From an archaeon (GTDB lineage: Archaea; SpSt-1190; DYHY01), in NCBI GenBank assembly GCA_037442745.1, contig JBBIPP010000008.1:8013-72012 (forward strand): 64,000 bases of DNA, given 5' to 3'. The position numbers were made by a program, and so were the translations under genes. Below the pieces are notes generated by a model, which made no database searches, was not told where the DNA came from, and worked only from the letters and a program-made list of their open reading frames with translations. Shown piece after piece: positions 51,088 to 62,066 of the stretch. Numbering within the stretch: position 1 is the stretch's first letter; each line of letters opens with the position of its first letter.

Positions 51088-51185
51088 TTTTTATCGGAAC
51101 GGCTCCCAAACATCCGTTTTATAAGCGTTTCCGAAAGAAGAGCCAACCCCTAACTTTAAAAACCTCATTTCCGGGCTTGTCTCCG

Positions 51186-51563
51186 ATGGCGCAGTATCAC
51201 GCAAAGAGCATGGTCAAAAAAACTACCGGGATGAGAAGGCCCGGGCACAAGAAGAAAAAGTACGAAATTGGCGGGAACTGGATTGAGACGAAACTCGGGA
51301 AAAACCGGGCTGTGACAATAAGGACACGGGGAGGAAAAATGAAGAAGAACCTGCTCGGGGCAGAATTCGCAAACGTCCGGGACAAGGGCGGAAAAATAAT
51401 CAGGACAAAGATAACAGGCGTCCTCGAACACGCGGACAACCCGCACTATGTGAGACGAATAATTGTCACCAGGGGTTGCGTAATATCGACCGAGCTAGGA
51501 AAAGCCAAAGTTACTAGCAGGCCCGGCCAAGACGGCGTTGTCAACGGTATACTTGTGGAATAG
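51186..51563 (+). CDS. rps8e: 30S ribosomal protein S8e
   Basis: KKKYEIG, RTRGG and VTSRPGQDGVVN motifs. Confidence 0.95.
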   Translation: MAQYHAKSMVKKTTGMRRPGHKKKKYEIGGNWIETKLGKNRAVTIRTRGGKMKKNLLGAEFANVRDKGGKIIRTKITGVLEHADNPHYVRRIIVTRGCVISTELGKAKVTSRPGQDGVVNGILVE

Positions 51564-51578
51564 TTGTTTTTTTGAGAA

Positions 51579-51845
51579 ATGCCTTCCCGGAAGAAGGAAG
51601 CTTCTTCAAACCTCACTGAAAAAAAGGCGGAAAAGCTCTTTTCAGATGGGAAGGTGAAAAGCCTCGGGGCGGGCGGGCGCAGGATTTACTTTTCGGTTGA
51701 AGGCGAAACAGGAACGCGCCAAGTGTCATTCGAGCTAGGAAAGCAGAAATGGAACTGCGACTGCAAGTACATTTCTCTTTATCCGGACAAGGAGTGCAGC
51801 CACATTCTGGCGTGCAAGATTTTCCAGAAAGCTTCTAAGGCTTGA
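51579..51845 (+). CDS. SWIM zinc-finger protein
   Basis: WNCDC...CSHILA. Confidence 0.8.
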   Translation: MPSRKKEASSNLTEKKAEKLFSDGKVKSLGAGGRRIYFSVEGETGTRQVSFELGKQKWNCDCKYISLYPDKECSHILACKIFQKASKA

Positions 51846-52467
51846 GCTTGAAGGAGAGCTTTTTCGAATCAAACCCCTTCCCGAGATATTTCTCAATATA
51901 ATCGACTGCGCCCCTTTTAGGGACAACTCCGGCATCCAGGAAAAGGGCAATTTCTCCGGCAACTGCAGAGGGGGTTTTCCCGGTAGTATCAACCTCGACA
52001 ACTTTTCCCTTTCCGAACTTTTCTTCGGATTCTATCAGGCATGAATCGAGGATTTCGGCAACAATGTTTTCCGCTCTCTTCTTTTCGCTATATTCCCTTT
52101 TCATCAGGCGCCTGTCCAATTCTTTTGGCTCGCACCTGAGAACAAAGACCCAATCAGGTCTGTCCGCCAATTCGTGGGAATAGTGGCTCTCTACAATATG
52201 GCCTTTTGAAAGCAGGCCTTTCTTTTTCAGATACTCCCGGGTTTTCTTGATGTCTGTTATTGCGGAATTCCTCTCCTTGTCGAATCCGGAGGAGAGCGTT
52301 TTCTTGTTCCGAACTACTATTTTTCCGACTTCAACCGGTTTATGGGAAATCAATTTTGCAAGCGCTTTGGAGACCGAGGACTTGCCCGTTCCGACAGAAC
52401 CGGTTATCAGGATTAGGGCTTTCTTCCCCCTATTTTTTCCTAGGGGTTTTCCACGATTTTTCCCCAT
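51835..52467 (-). CDS. AK6/Fap7-like nucleotide kinase
   Basis: ITGSVGTGKS, VESH, VLRC.P..L..RL..R.Y...K..EN..AE and VDTT; start uncertain. Confidence 0.85.
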   Translation of the reverse strand: MGKNRGKPLGKNRGKKALILITGSVGTGKSSVSKALAKLISHKPVEVGKIVVRNKKTLSSGFDKERNSAITDIKKTREYLKKKGLLSKGHIVESHYSHELADRPDWVFVLRCEPKELDRRLMKREYSEKKRAENIVAEILDSCLIESEEKFGKGKVVEVDTTGKTPSAVAGEIALFLDAGVVPKRGAVDYIEKYLGKGFDSKKLSFKLKP

Positions 52468-54292
52468 AGGAGGCCTTTTCTTTCCCATCTGTTCTGGCGG
52501 AAACCCCCTTTGCAACTATTAAAGCATATAGGGAAAATCCGGCGGAAAGTAGTGAGAGGAGGAGGCTCGCTACCAAGACGAGATTGGTTGCATTGGCATT
52601 TCCGTCTTCCCCAGAAGAGAAGATTGGCGCAGGAAGGACAAACGATGGGGATTTTTCTTCCGCTTTTTTAGGGAATGAATTGAATGCAGTCTCTGTTTCA
52701 AAAGCCCTTATTGCTAGGAAAAGGGAGGAGCGGGCGTCCGTCTTCGAGTTCAGGATACTCGCCTTGTGGGAGAGGTATTTCGAATGCTTCCAATAGTTGA
52801 GCGCCCAGGGGTTTTTCCAGGAGAGCCCGGACGAATTGTCCGGAAAAATCTCCTTTGCCTTGCCAATTGTTTCGGCAAGGGTCCCAGAGAAGCTTTCCGA
52901 CTGGGAATATGCGGAAGAATCCGCAGAATCGAGGATTGAGGCAAGATAGAGCCCTCTCTTGAAGGCTCCAGTTGCCAAAATGAGGGACCTCTCCGCAAGA
53001 TAGGCGTCCGCTCCGAGGCTTTTCGCCGATGCCAGGTCTAAATATGCGGCCTCAATCGCTTTCTCTGCCTTGTTCTTCAGGGAGCTGTTCGGTATTTCAA
53101 TTCCCCCAGTTTCATTCGGAACAACCGAGAGCATTTCCCTCGAGGCATCGAGCCACTCGATTCCTGAGGAGAGGACGTAAGGGTCGTCCGGATTCTCCTC
53201 GAAATAGCTTAGCGCCCAGGAATATCTCTGGAATGCCGAGCCCAAAAGTGGCATTTTTTCCACAGGGATTTTTCCGCTCGAATTCGCAGAGACAACCAAA
53301 GGCTCGACCTCGGAACGCTTCCTGAAGAACTCTTCCTTCAGGCTCTCAATTGGCCAGGAAAGCTTTGAATTGACTGATACCAGGAACGCCTCGTTTGCAG
53401 CAGTGTAGAAATAGTTAATTCCGTGGAACTCTTCCGCCCGAGCCAACCCCTCCACAGCAGTCGAATTCCCAGAAAGAAGGCGGGCCCGCAAAATCCCCCT
53501 ACTCGAAATATCCCGAAGCGCTCCTTCCAATGAAGGAAAATACTTCTCCGGAAGGAGGGGTATTTCCTCAATCTGGCTTCCGCCAATCCTTCCGGAGAAA
53601 CCCGGGAGGACGAACGGGATTGCCTCGTTAATATTCGATATTTCAATTACCAAGAGGCCTAGGTCGGAAGCCCCGTAAGAGACAACATCAGTTCGTATTG
53701 TCCTCTCCTCTTCAATAACAACCCCCCCTTTCTCAGGGAGTTTCCTTGTCTCAAAATAAGTCTGGTATCTCGTGCCTTTCGGGATTAAGAAGACTTTTGC
53801 TCCCGCGGACTTTGCCGCCCGGGCCTTTTCAAGAATCCCCCCAACAGGGCCAATTGCTCCGTCCGACTCTAGCGTCCCAGTAATTGCTACTGACGAGTTG
53901 ATTTCAATTCCGGAGACTGCGGAGACAATCGCAAGCGCAAATGCTGCGCCGGCGGAGGGGCCGTCAACAGTCCCGGAATCGGACTTTACTGTCAGGACAA
54001 TGTCTGTTCCCGAGAGGTCGAAAGATAGGAGCTTTTCTGCAACCTCCCGCGATATTCTCTCGGAATTCTGGGTGTCAATCCCTATGAATGGTTCAGTTGA
54101 TATCAAGGTCCTTCCGGTCCCAGGGAAGCTCTCGACAATGACTGCAGTAATTACTCCGGAGCCGTTCGATGATACTGCGGGCACAGCGATTTCTGAAGAA
54201 TTCCCGCCGGAAAAGGAGAACGCCTGCAAGGGAAGGAGAATGACTAACAAAAAGAGGCAGACTGCGGCAGACCGCTTTTCCAAGAGACCCAT
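52430..54292 (-). CDS. Secreted Lon-like S16 serine protease
   Basis: Signal peptide, DGPSAG, ITGT, GPVGGILEK, C-terminal TM. Confidence 0.88.
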   Translation of the reverse strand: MGLLEKRSAAVCLFLLVILLPLQAFSFSGGNSSEIAVPAVSSNGSGVITAVIVESFPGTGRTLISTEPFIGIDTQNSERISREVAEKLLSFDLSGTDIVLTVKSDSGTVDGPSAGAAFALAIVSAVSGIEINSSVAITGTLESDGAIGPVGGILEKARAAKSAGAKVFLIPKGTRYQTYFETRKLPEKGGVVIEEERTIRTDVVSYGASDLGLLVIEISNINEAIPFVLPGFSGRIGGSQIEEIPLLPEKYFPSLEGALRDISSRGILRARLLSGNSTAVEGLARAEEFHGINYFYTAANEAFLVSVNSKLSWPIESLKEEFFRKRSEVEPLVVSANSSGKIPVEKMPLLGSAFQRYSWALSYFEENPDDPYVLSSGIEWLDASREMLSVVPNETGGIEIPNSSLKNKAEKAIEAAYLDLASAKSLGADAYLAERSLILATGAFKRGLYLASILDSADSSAYSQSESFSGTLAETIGKAKEIFPDNSSGLSWKNPWALNYWKHSKYLSHKASILNSKTDARSSLFLAIRAFETETAFNSFPKKAEEKSPSFVLPAPIFSSGEDGNANATNLVLVASLLLSLLSAGFSLYALIVAKGVSARTDGKEKASYGEKSWKTPRKK

Positions 54293-54376
54293 TTACATTG
54301 AGATTCCCCAAGAAGCTGTATTAAAACCCTTTTTATTGAGACAAATTTTATAAGCAACTTTTTCCAGTTGCATTCA

Positions 54377-54889
54377 ATGGAAACAACACTTGTAGGATTT
54401 TTGGTCGGACTGGCAATTGCCCTCGGACAGTTCGTTTTCGGGCTTGTTTTGTCCCTGGCATCAGTTTACATCGGAATAAAGGCTTTCGACAAAATGACTG
54501 TCGGAATTGACGAGATGAAGGAAATCAAGAAAGGTAACCTCGCCGTAGGAATTCTTATTACCGCGGTAATTTTTTCAATTGCGACAGTTGTGCAATCAGG
54601 AGTTGCGGGAGTCTCCTCCGCAATTGTTGGGAAGACCTTGGCCCAGATACCCCTCGCCCTCCTGATGGGGCTAGTCCAGCTTGCAATCGGCCTCGTATCT
54701 GCAGTTCTCTCAGTATACCTCTGCATAAGGGTTCTTGACGCAATAACAACCGACATTGACGAAATGAAGGAGCTCAAAAAGGGGAACGTGGCAGTTGCAA
54801 TTCTCATGGGCGGAGTCCTTATATCGGTCGCGTTCGTTGTGCAGGCGGGAATCTCCGGAATCTCGATTGCGCTCTCGGCCCTTATCTAA
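54377..54889 (+). CDS. DUF350 family membrane protein
   Basis: Two IDEMKE.KKGN.AV repeats. Confidence 0.85.
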   Translation: METTLVGFLVGLAIALGQFVFGLVLSLASVYIGIKAFDKMTVGIDEMKEIKKGNLAVGILITAVIFSIATVVQSGVAGVSSAIVGKTLAQIPLALLMGLVQLAIGLVSAVLSVYLCIRVLDAITTDIDEMKELKKGNVAVAILMGGVLISVAFVVQAGISGISIALSALI

Positions 54890-55040
54890 GGCTGGCTGGC
54901 CCAATAGAACAAAAAGGGATTTCTTTGCCCCTGCCTTGAAGGGCGGAAGCCGTTCTTCCCCCGAGGCAGGGATTAATCCCGAAAACATTATGACAATCTA
55001 GGCTGGCTTTACATTCCCCTAGAATCTTATTTTTCCAATT

Positions 55041-55682
55041 TCATGGAGCTTTCGCCAGTGAATCGATTACCCCGTCCTCAAGAATTGTCTTTATCTTGTC
55101 CTTTGTAGTCGGTCCTCCGTGGCCCGGGAAAATGTGGTCGAACCTCTTTATTGAGAGTAGTTGAAGAGACTTTTTCAGGGCTTCTTTATCCCCTGTCGGA
55201 AAGTCGTATCTCCCGACCGAATCTGCGAATACAGTGTCCCCTGAAAAGAGTATTCCGGTCGATGAGAGGATGCAGACAGAGCCGGCAGTATGTCCGGGAG
55301 TGTGTATTATTGCGAGCTTTCCGTTCCTCGTCTCAATAGTTTCGCCGTCCTTTAGCTTGTGGTCGATTTTCGGAAGAATCTCCTTTTTTGCCATCCTCGC
55401 AAGAGTGACTCCGTCGTTCATTTCCTCGACATGGACAGCGTCTTTCCCGTGCATACAGACCCTGGCTTCAGTGAAGAGCTCGTTTGAGACAATGTGGTCA
55501 TAGTGGCAGTGGGTGTTTATTATCAGGCGGATTGTTTCCGGGGCAATTCCCAGCCTTCTGAGAACCCCGAGTATCCTCTCATCACATCCGGGGTCTATCA
55601 GTATCCTAATTGGCTCGTCCAAAACGAGATACGAGTTGCAGGAGATTCCCGTGCTCGGGAGCGGGATTACCTCGAAAGCCAT
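55041..55682 (-). CDS. Metallo-beta-lactamase fold hydrolase
   Basis: THCHYDH, HTPGHT, SGD and PGHG motifs. Confidence 0.92.
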   Translation of the reverse strand: MAFEVIPLPSTGISCNSYLVLDEPIRILIDPGCDERILGVLRRLGIAPETIRLIINTHCHYDHIVSNELFTEARVCMHGKDAVHVEEMNDGVTLARMAKKEILPKIDHKLKDGETIETRNGKLAIIHTPGHTAGSVCILSSTGILFSGDTVFADSVGRYDFPTGDKEALKKSLQLLSIKRFDHIFPGHGGPTTKDKIKTILEDGVIDSLAKAP

Positions 55683-55685
55683 TCC

Positions 55686-55964
55686 CTATTCCTCCTCTTC
55701 CTTTGCAATCTGCCTTTTTGCCCAGTCAATTATCTTTTCAGGAGGAATTGAAGTGTCCTGCGACATTTCCATACACTCCAACTGTATTGAGTTAACTATT
55801 CCTAGAATGTTCCTGTTCCTTAGCGTGAAATTTATGTTGAAGAGGGAATTCCCCTCTCCGGCCTTTTCCCGTAGCCTTTTTCTTTCGGATTCGAAGAACT
55901 CTGATATTTTCTTCCTGCTTTCACCCAATTTTTTTAGATGATCTGAACCAGTTTCATCAGCCAT
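55686..55964 (-). CDS. Hypothetical protein
   Basis: ORF 3 nt upstream of the MBL gene; TATA-like box upstream. Confidence 0.55.
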   Translation of the reverse strand: MADETGSDHLKKLGESRKKISEFFESERKRLREKAGEGNSLFNINFTLRNRNILGIVNSIQLECMEMSQDTSIPPEKIIDWAKRQIAKEEEE

Positions 55965-56002
55965 TGCCCAGCAATCCACCTTTCTTGATATAAATCAATT
56001 GT

Positions 56003-57148
56003 TCAAAAAACAAGCCTGTAGATTGCCGGGACAATTACAAACGCGGCGAAAACCCTCTTTCCAATGCCGAGCCATCCTGCGAGGACAGAAATAGCAGTTG
56101 CAAGAACGAATAATGCGAGCCCGGACGGGCCAGAGAGAAATCCGACAAGGCCGAAGAGAATCAAAAGGGAAATTTCCTCAAATGCCCGAAGGCTCAGTTT
56201 TCCGCAGGAAAACAATTCCATGAGCGGTTTTGACAGCAGGACAAGCGCGAGGAAGGAGAGGGCGACAGTAAGGAGGGAGGCTACAACAGTTCCCGGACCG
56301 ATTTCCCTTGAAAAGCCTGCCTCAAGGAGTGTCGAGATTGACCCGCTACGCTCAAGTCCGAGAAGGGAGAATGAGGAGAGGGAAAAGAGGAATGTCGAGA
56401 TTCCGCCGGAGACTGCAAGGGAGAGGAAGCTCTCCGAATCGTTCTCCCGGAAAAGCCCGGAGAAGACTGATGCCACAACCGAGACTGTCAACGCCGGAAA
56501 GGTTCCGACGAAAAATCCGGCAATTGACCCGAGAAAGCAAGGGAAAATAAGGGAGCCGATTTCCGGGGATTTTCCGGAGCGCCCGGATTTCAATTTCTTG
56601 ACGGATTTGCCCGAGAAAAGGATTGCCGCGACAATCGGAGCTCCCCCGAAGAAGCCGGAGAATGCCGGGAAAAGGGATTCCTCCGAAATGAAGAGGAGCC
56701 CGAGAACGCCCGCAAGAGAGAAAAAAACACCAGCAAAAAGGCGCCTTTTCTCGTACAATATCAAAAGCGCAGAGAAGAAAGAGAGGAGGGCAATTGAAAC
56801 AATTGGATTAATCCTTTCCGGCAGGAAGAGGAGGACTGCCGGAAGGAGGAGGAGAAAAAGCCCGGATGAAATTACGAGGGAATAGCCGGAAACAAGAATT
56901 GCCCTTTCTCCCCTGCCCTCTGAAAAGAGCCGTTTTCCCGGAAGGGAGGAGATTTCCCCAGAAGATGCCCCGAGAACAACTGATGGGATTATTGCCCCAA
57001 AGAACTGGGAGAAAAGCCCGAGGAGAATTCCGAGAGGACCCAAGGGAAAGAGGATTATTGCGAGAGAATTCTGGTGAATTCCCGGAAGAAAGAGCCCAAA
57101 GAGAAAGCCAAAGAGGGAGCCCAAGATCCCCCCCAAGACAGCATCCAT
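56003..57148 (-). CDS. TctA/DUF112-like membrane protein
   Basis: LPGIHQN, IPSVVLG, LPG...EGRG and RSG motifs. Confidence 0.75.
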   Translation of the reverse strand: MDAVLGGILGSLFGFLFGLFLPGIHQNSLAIILFPLGPLGILLGLFSQFFGAIIPSVVLGASSGEISSLPGKRLFSEGRGERAILVSGYSLVISSGLFLLLLPAVLLFLPERINPIVSIALLSFFSALLILYEKRRLFAGVFFSLAGVLGLLFISEESLFPAFSGFFGGAPIVAAILFSGKSVKKLKSGRSGKSPEIGSLIFPCFLGSIAGFFVGTFPALTVSVVASVFSGLFRENDSESFLSLAVSGGISTFLFSLSSFSLLGLERSGSISTLLEAGFSREIGPGTVVASLLTVALSFLALVLLSKPLMELFSCGKLSLRAFEEISLLILFGLVGFLSGPSGLALFVLATAISVLAGWLGIGKRVFAAFVIVPAIYRLVF

Positions 57149-57208
57149 TTCAAGAGTCTGGCTTGATTGCCGAAAACACTTTTAAACATATCTTGGGATT
57201 TCCCGGGA

Positions 57209-58738
57209 ATGGACGCTCAAAGAATCCCTGAGAAGGAACTTCCCAAAAGGACAAAGGAGGATTTCTTCGACCTTCTCGTAAGAAGGGGGTTCATAATCCC
57301 CTCAAGCGAGATATATGGGGGGCTCTCCGGCTTTTACGATTTCGGCCCCTTGGGCTCCCTCGTGAAAAGGAAGCTCCTCGAGAACTGGCGGGACTGGGCA
57401 GTCCGAAGGGAGGGGTTCTTCGAGATTGACGGCTCTTCTGTTGTTAGAAAGGAGGTTGTCGAAGCCTCCGGCCATCTGAAGAGTTTCGTTGACCCCGTTG
57501 TCAAGTGCGAGAAATGCGGAGAAGCCTTCCGGGCAGACCATCTGGTTGAGGAGAAGCTCGGGAAATATGTCGAGGGGCTGGCGAACGAGGAAATCGGGAA
57601 ATTCTTTTCAGACGAGAAAATATCCTGCCCTGCCTGCGGAGAGCGCCTGTCAGGGGCAGTCAACTCATTCCAGATGATGTTTGGGATTTCGGTTGGAGCT
57701 GGAAAGAGGGCAATTGAGAGCTATCTTCGGCCGGAGACTGCCCAGAGCATTTTCATAAACTTCCCGAGGGTTTTTCGGGCAACGCGGGAGAAGCTCCCGA
57801 TGGGAGTTGCTCAGGCCGGAAAAGCGTTCAGGAACGAAATTTCCCCTAGGCAGGGAATGATACGGATGCGTGAGTTCGAGCAATTGGAAATCGAGATTTT
57901 CCTCGACCCGGAAAAGCTGGACGACGGGATTGGCGACTGGGACGGGATAAAGGGGACTGTTGTCGAGTTCGTGAAAGACGATGTCTCAGAAAAGGCGACT
58001 GTTGAATCCCTGTTTTCTGAGGGGAAAGTTCCGGCAAAGCACCTCGCATACTGGATTGGAAAGGAGCAGATATTCTACTCGCGCATTCTCGGGATTCCGG
58101 CGGAGGGAATCCGCTTCAAGTTCCTCCCGAAAGCGGAGACTCCTTTCTATTCCAAGGGGAACATTGACATGGAAGTGAAGACCCTTTACGGCTGGAAGGA
58201 GACAATAGGGAATGCGTACAGGACTGATTATGACCTCTCCACCCACATAAAGAATTCCGGAAAAGACTTTTCAGTAACCCTTCCTGATGGGAGGAAAATC
58301 GTTCCCCATGTAATTGAGCCGTCCTGGGGTTTGCAGAGAATGTTCTACTGCGCCCTTGAAGCCGGATACAGGCAAAAAGGAGAGGGCCGGGACTGGGCGT
58401 GGCTAGACATTCCATTTTCAATTGCTCCGTATTCGGCGCACATTTTTCCCCTGATGAAAAGGGACGGCCTAGACTCTCTCGGAAAGAAAATATGGAAAAC
58501 CCTCTCAGCAAAGGGAATTGACTGCCTCTATGACGAGACTGGCTCAATCGGGAAAAGGTATGCCCGCGCGGACGAAATCGGCTGCCCTTTTGCAATAACA
58601 GTTGACTATGAAAGCCTTGAGAACGGGACAGCTACCATGCGCGAGAGGAACTCAATGGCACAGGAACGGGTGAAAATAGAGGAACTAGCGGAGATAATAG
58701 GGAAAAAGCTCGCCGAAGACAGGGAAATTGGGAATTGA
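57209..58738 (+). CDS. glyS: Glycyl-tRNA synthetase (homodimeric type)
   Basis: EIYGG, YLRPETAQ, FRNEISPR, VIEPS and IGKRYARADE motifs. Confidence 0.96.
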   Translation: MDAQRIPEKELPKRTKEDFFDLLVRRGFIIPSSEIYGGLSGFYDFGPLGSLVKRKLLENWRDWAVRREGFFEIDGSSVVRKEVVEASGHLKSFVDPVVKCEKCGEAFRADHLVEEKLGKYVEGLANEEIGKFFSDEKISCPACGERLSGAVNSFQMMFGISVGAGKRAIESYLRPETAQSIFINFPRVFRATREKLPMGVAQAGKAFRNEISPRQGMIRMREFEQLEIEIFLDPEKLDDGIGDWDGIKGTVVEFVKDDVSEKATVESLFSEGKVPAKHLAYWIGKEQIFYSRILGIPAEGIRFKFLPKAETPFYSKGNIDMEVKTLYGWKETIGNAYRTDYDLSTHIKNSGKDFSVTLPDGRKIVPHVIEPSWGLQRMFYCALEAGYRQKGEGRDWAWLDIPFSIAPYSAHIFPLMKRDGLDSLGKKIWKTLSAKGIDCLYDETGSIGKRYARADEIGCPFAITVDYESLENGTATMRERNSMAQERVKIEELAEIIGKKLAEDREIGN

Positions 58739-58746
58739 TCTGGAAA

Positions 58747-60060
58747 ATGGGACTATTCGGAACATCTGGAATCAGGGGATTAATTGATTCGGAAATAACG
58801 CTCGACCTCGCAAGGAAGCTGGGCGTGGCAACTGCCAAGAAATACAAAAAAATAATTGTTGCAAGAGACCACCGATCATCCGGGCCAGTCCTCTCCGAGG
58901 GATTCGGAAAAGCCGCTGCAATGATTGGAGCGGAAGTAATTGACATCGGGGTTGCCCCGACTCCCGCGGCAGTGTTCGCCGGAAAAACGCTTTCAGCCGA
59001 ATGCGCGGTAATTGTGACTGCCAGCCACAACCCGCCCCAGTACAACGGGTTCAAGTTCTTCAATCCGGACGGAAGCGCTTTCTCGAAAGCCCAGGAGCTC
59101 GAAATCGAAAAGCTCCTCGAATACTCGCCGGCAATAATGGGGAGGGTAAAGTCATCAGAAATAACGAAATTTGCCCACAATGACAAAATTCTCTCTGAAT
59201 TCGCGGGGAAATTCGCCGGAATGAAAATTGTCCTCAACCTCAACGGAGGCGCAGCGACAGCGACAGCGCTTCCGCTGTTTGACAAGCTCGGCTGCGTTGT
59301 GCACCCAATTTTCGAGCGAACAGACGGGGAATATGTCCCGAACCCGAAAAGCAAGCCCGACCCGACTCTCGGGGACTGGAACAGGATTGCTGACATTGAC
59401 ACAACTCTCAAGATAATCGGGGAGACAGGCTCAGACCTAGGGATAATTTACGACGGGGACGCAGACCGCTTGTTCGCAGTCTCGAAAGATGGCCCGATTG
59501 CCCCGGACAAGCTTCTCTACCTCTTTTCGAGCCACTTTTACCCCGGAGCGAATATTGTCGATGTTATTGACGGCTCGTCAATCCTCGATTCCGTCTGCAA
59601 TGTAACAAGAGTTCCCGTTGGCGATGTCAATGTCTCTTATGAACTGAAAAGGAACCTGAACAACTATTCCTTCGGGGGGGAAAGCTGCAGCGGGGTATAT
59701 GTCTGGCCATCTCTCCACCTCTGCCCGGACGGGATATATTCCTCAGTGAAACTCCTCCAAATGGTCTCCGAAAACGGGCCCCTGGAGAAACTGGCAAAGG
59801 AGATACCGGAGAATTTCATCAAAAGGGACAAGATAGCGGTTCCAAACGAGAGAAAATCGGAGATTCTTGCAAGTGCGCGGGAAAGAATTGACCCTGCATG
59901 GAAAGCGAACTTTTCCGACGGAATAAGGGCGGATTTCCCCGGAAGCTGGTTTTTGATTAGGCCGTCCGGAACGGAGCCCCTTGTGCGGATTACTGTCGAA
60001 GCCGAAAGCGAGGAGAAGGCCCTCGCCCTGCTGGAAAAAGCGCGGAAGCTTTTGGAGTAG
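58747..60060 (+). CDS. glmM: Phosphohexomutase (GlmM/PMM family)
   Basis: FGTSGIRG, TASHNP, DGDADR and RPSGTEP motifs. Confidence 0.88.
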   Translation: MGLFGTSGIRGLIDSEITLDLARKLGVATAKKYKKIIVARDHRSSGPVLSEGFGKAAAMIGAEVIDIGVAPTPAAVFAGKTLSAECAVIVTASHNPPQYNGFKFFNPDGSAFSKAQELEIEKLLEYSPAIMGRVKSSEITKFAHNDKILSEFAGKFAGMKIVLNLNGGAATATALPLFDKLGCVVHPIFERTDGEYVPNPKSKPDPTLGDWNRIADIDTTLKIIGETGSDLGIIYDGDADRLFAVSKDGPIAPDKLLYLFSSHFYPGANIVDVIDGSSILDSVCNVTRVPVGDVNVSYELKRNLNNYSFGGESCSGVYVWPSLHLCPDGIYSSVKLLQMVSENGPLEKLAKEIPENFIKRDKIAVPNERKSEILASARERIDPAWKANFSDGIRADFPGSWFLIRPSGTEPLVRITVEAESEEKALALLEKARKLLE

Positions 60061-60069
60061 CTGGAAAAT

Positions 60070-61353
60070 ATGCCCGGAAAAATAAAGACTGCAATCCTTC
60101 TTGGCGCAGGAGAGGGGACAAGGCTAAGGCCCCTGACTTTCACCCGGCCAAAGCCGATAATCCCGATACTCGACAGGCCGTTTATCAGCCATATTCTCGA
60201 GAACCTCTCAATTGCGGGAATAACGAAAGCAATATTCGTTACCGGTTACCTTGAGGAGAAGCTGATCCCGATTGCCAAAGCCTGGTGCTCAAGGCTCGGA
60301 ATAAAGCCTGTTTTCATTACACAGGACTCGCCCCTTGGGACCGGTCACGCCTTCTCCCTTGCCGGGAAGTTCGTCAAAGACGAGCGTTTCCTCTGCATGT
60401 GCGCTGACAATTACTATTCTGTTGGAGATCTCCAGAAACTCGTTTCAGCCGGGGAAAAAACTGAGAATTATCTTGCCGGAGGAATTCGGGTCGAGGATCC
60501 GAGAATGTTCGGCGTCTTCTCCCTCCAAGGGAAGAAAATTGTCAAGGTTGCCGAAAAGCCAGAAAATCCCCCGACACATTTCGCGAACTCATCCCTATAT
60601 CTCTTCGACCAGTCCTGCTTTTCCCTTGCGGAGAAGCTGGAAAAGTCCCCGAGAGGGGAGTATGAGATAACAGATGTGCTGAAAATCCTCGCAGGAAGGG
60701 ATGCACTCGAATTCTTCGAACTCTCCTACTGGACTGATCTAGGGAGTCCTTGGGACATACTTGACCTTAATTCGAAGCTATTGTCCTTTGAGAAAAAGGG
60801 GAAAATACATTCGACAGCCGAAATTGAAAAAGGAGCCACTCTGAAAGGGGTTGTTTTTGTAGGCAAGAATTCGGCTGTGAAAGCCGGCGCATATATTGAG
60901 GGACCGGTTTTCATCGGAGAAGACTGCACAATTGGTCCCAACTGCCTTATCCGGCCGGGGACAGTTCTCGGGAGAAAGACAAAGGTCGGGAACGCAGTTG
61001 AGATAAAGAACTCCACATTTTTCGGGGATACGAACATCTCACACCTCTCCTACTGCGCGGACTCTGTTGTCGGGACCGGATGCAATTTCGGGGCAGGGAC
61101 AATAACTGCAAACCTCCGGCACGACAATGGGACCATTTCAGTCAACCTGAACGGCAAGCGGGTCAATTCCGGAAGAAAAAAAATCGGGGCATTCATCGGG
61201 GACAACTCAAAAACTGGAATACACTGCTCAATTTATCCCGGAAGAACAATTGGACCAAACTCCTGGACAGATTCGGCAAGCTTGGTTGACATTGATGTTC
61301 CGCCGAAACATTTTCTGAAGAGGGACGGAAGGCTCGAGCAATTGAGAATTTAG
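60070..61353 (+). CDS. glmU: Bifunctional sugar-1-phosphate nucleotidyltransferase/acetyltransferase
   Basis: GAGEGTRLRPLT..RPKP, SPRGEYE, hexapeptide repeats, HLSY and ANLRHD. Confidence 0.9.
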   Translation: MPGKIKTAILLGAGEGTRLRPLTFTRPKPIIPILDRPFISHILENLSIAGITKAIFVTGYLEEKLIPIAKAWCSRLGIKPVFITQDSPLGTGHAFSLAGKFVKDERFLCMCADNYYSVGDLQKLVSAGEKTENYLAGGIRVEDPRMFGVFSLQGKKIVKVAEKPENPPTHFANSSLYLFDQSCFSLAEKLEKSPRGEYEITDVLKILAGRDALEFFELSYWTDLGSPWDILDLNSKLLSFEKKGKIHSTAEIEKGATLKGVVFVGKNSAVKAGAYIEGPVFIGEDCTIGPNCLIRPGTVLGRKTKVGNAVEIKNSTFFGDTNISHLSYCADSVVGTGCNFGAGTITANLRHDNGTISVNLNGKRVNSGRKKIGAFIGDNSKTGIHCSIYPGRTIGPNSWTDSASLVDIDVPPKHFLKRDGRLEQLRI

Positions 61354-61548
61354 CCGGAAAATGGAGCAAACAAGCAGCCATATTTAGGGGAGAGCGCTAT
61401 CAATCCGGAATTGTTGGAAAAATGAATACGCTTTTTGAGACTGAAGACTGTAAATATCCTGAAAAATATTTTCACGACTAGGGGAGATTTCTTCAAGTCC
61501 AGATGAAGGATTTTGCCGGGAAAGGAATGACTTAGACTCTCTCAATGC

Positions 61549-62037
61549 TTGCCACAGCCGCCAGAATTGAGGAAAGCAGGCCCCAGCCCGAGAAGACCTA
61601 CAAGAAGGGAAATTTACGTTGAAATGAAGCGCCCCCAGAGAATTGACACGTCCCTTGCTTTTGAGCTTCCCGAAGAAAAGGACCGATACGATTCCGTTCT
61701 TGAGAGAGCCCAGATACTGGTGAGCGAGAGGTGTCAGAAGCTTCTTGGGAAGAAATTTGGAGGGGTTGAAATCTCGTTCGACAATGAGGACGCCCCGTCG
61801 CGCCTATATGTCAAGATTTCAAAGCAATATTACCCTAATGCCAAGGGGCTTTTTGGCCTCAAGAATCCGAAGGATTCCGCAATTAAGGATGTTGTCGAGA
61901 TGGGAAACGCAGTCTCCAGATATCTGAAAACGGGGGAAACTCCAGAATCTGGAATTGGAAAGCCTTTCCGGGAAATGCTCGCTTCGAACCGGAAATATTG
62001 GGAAGAGGCGCTCGCGCACAACCACTTTATCGGCTGA
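61549..62037 (+). CDS. Hypothetical protein
   Basis: 162-aa ORF; start uncertain. Confidence 0.55.
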   Translation: MPQPPELRKAGPSPRRPTRREIYVEMKRPQRIDTSLAFELPEEKDRYDSVLERAQILVSERCQKLLGKKFGGVEISFDNEDAPSRLYVKISKQYYPNAKGLFGLKNPKDSAIKDVVEMGNAVSRYLKTGETPESGIGKPFREMLASNRKYWEEALAHNHFIG

Positions 62038-62066
62038 ATGCACAGCAGATACGGCCCGGACTCTCC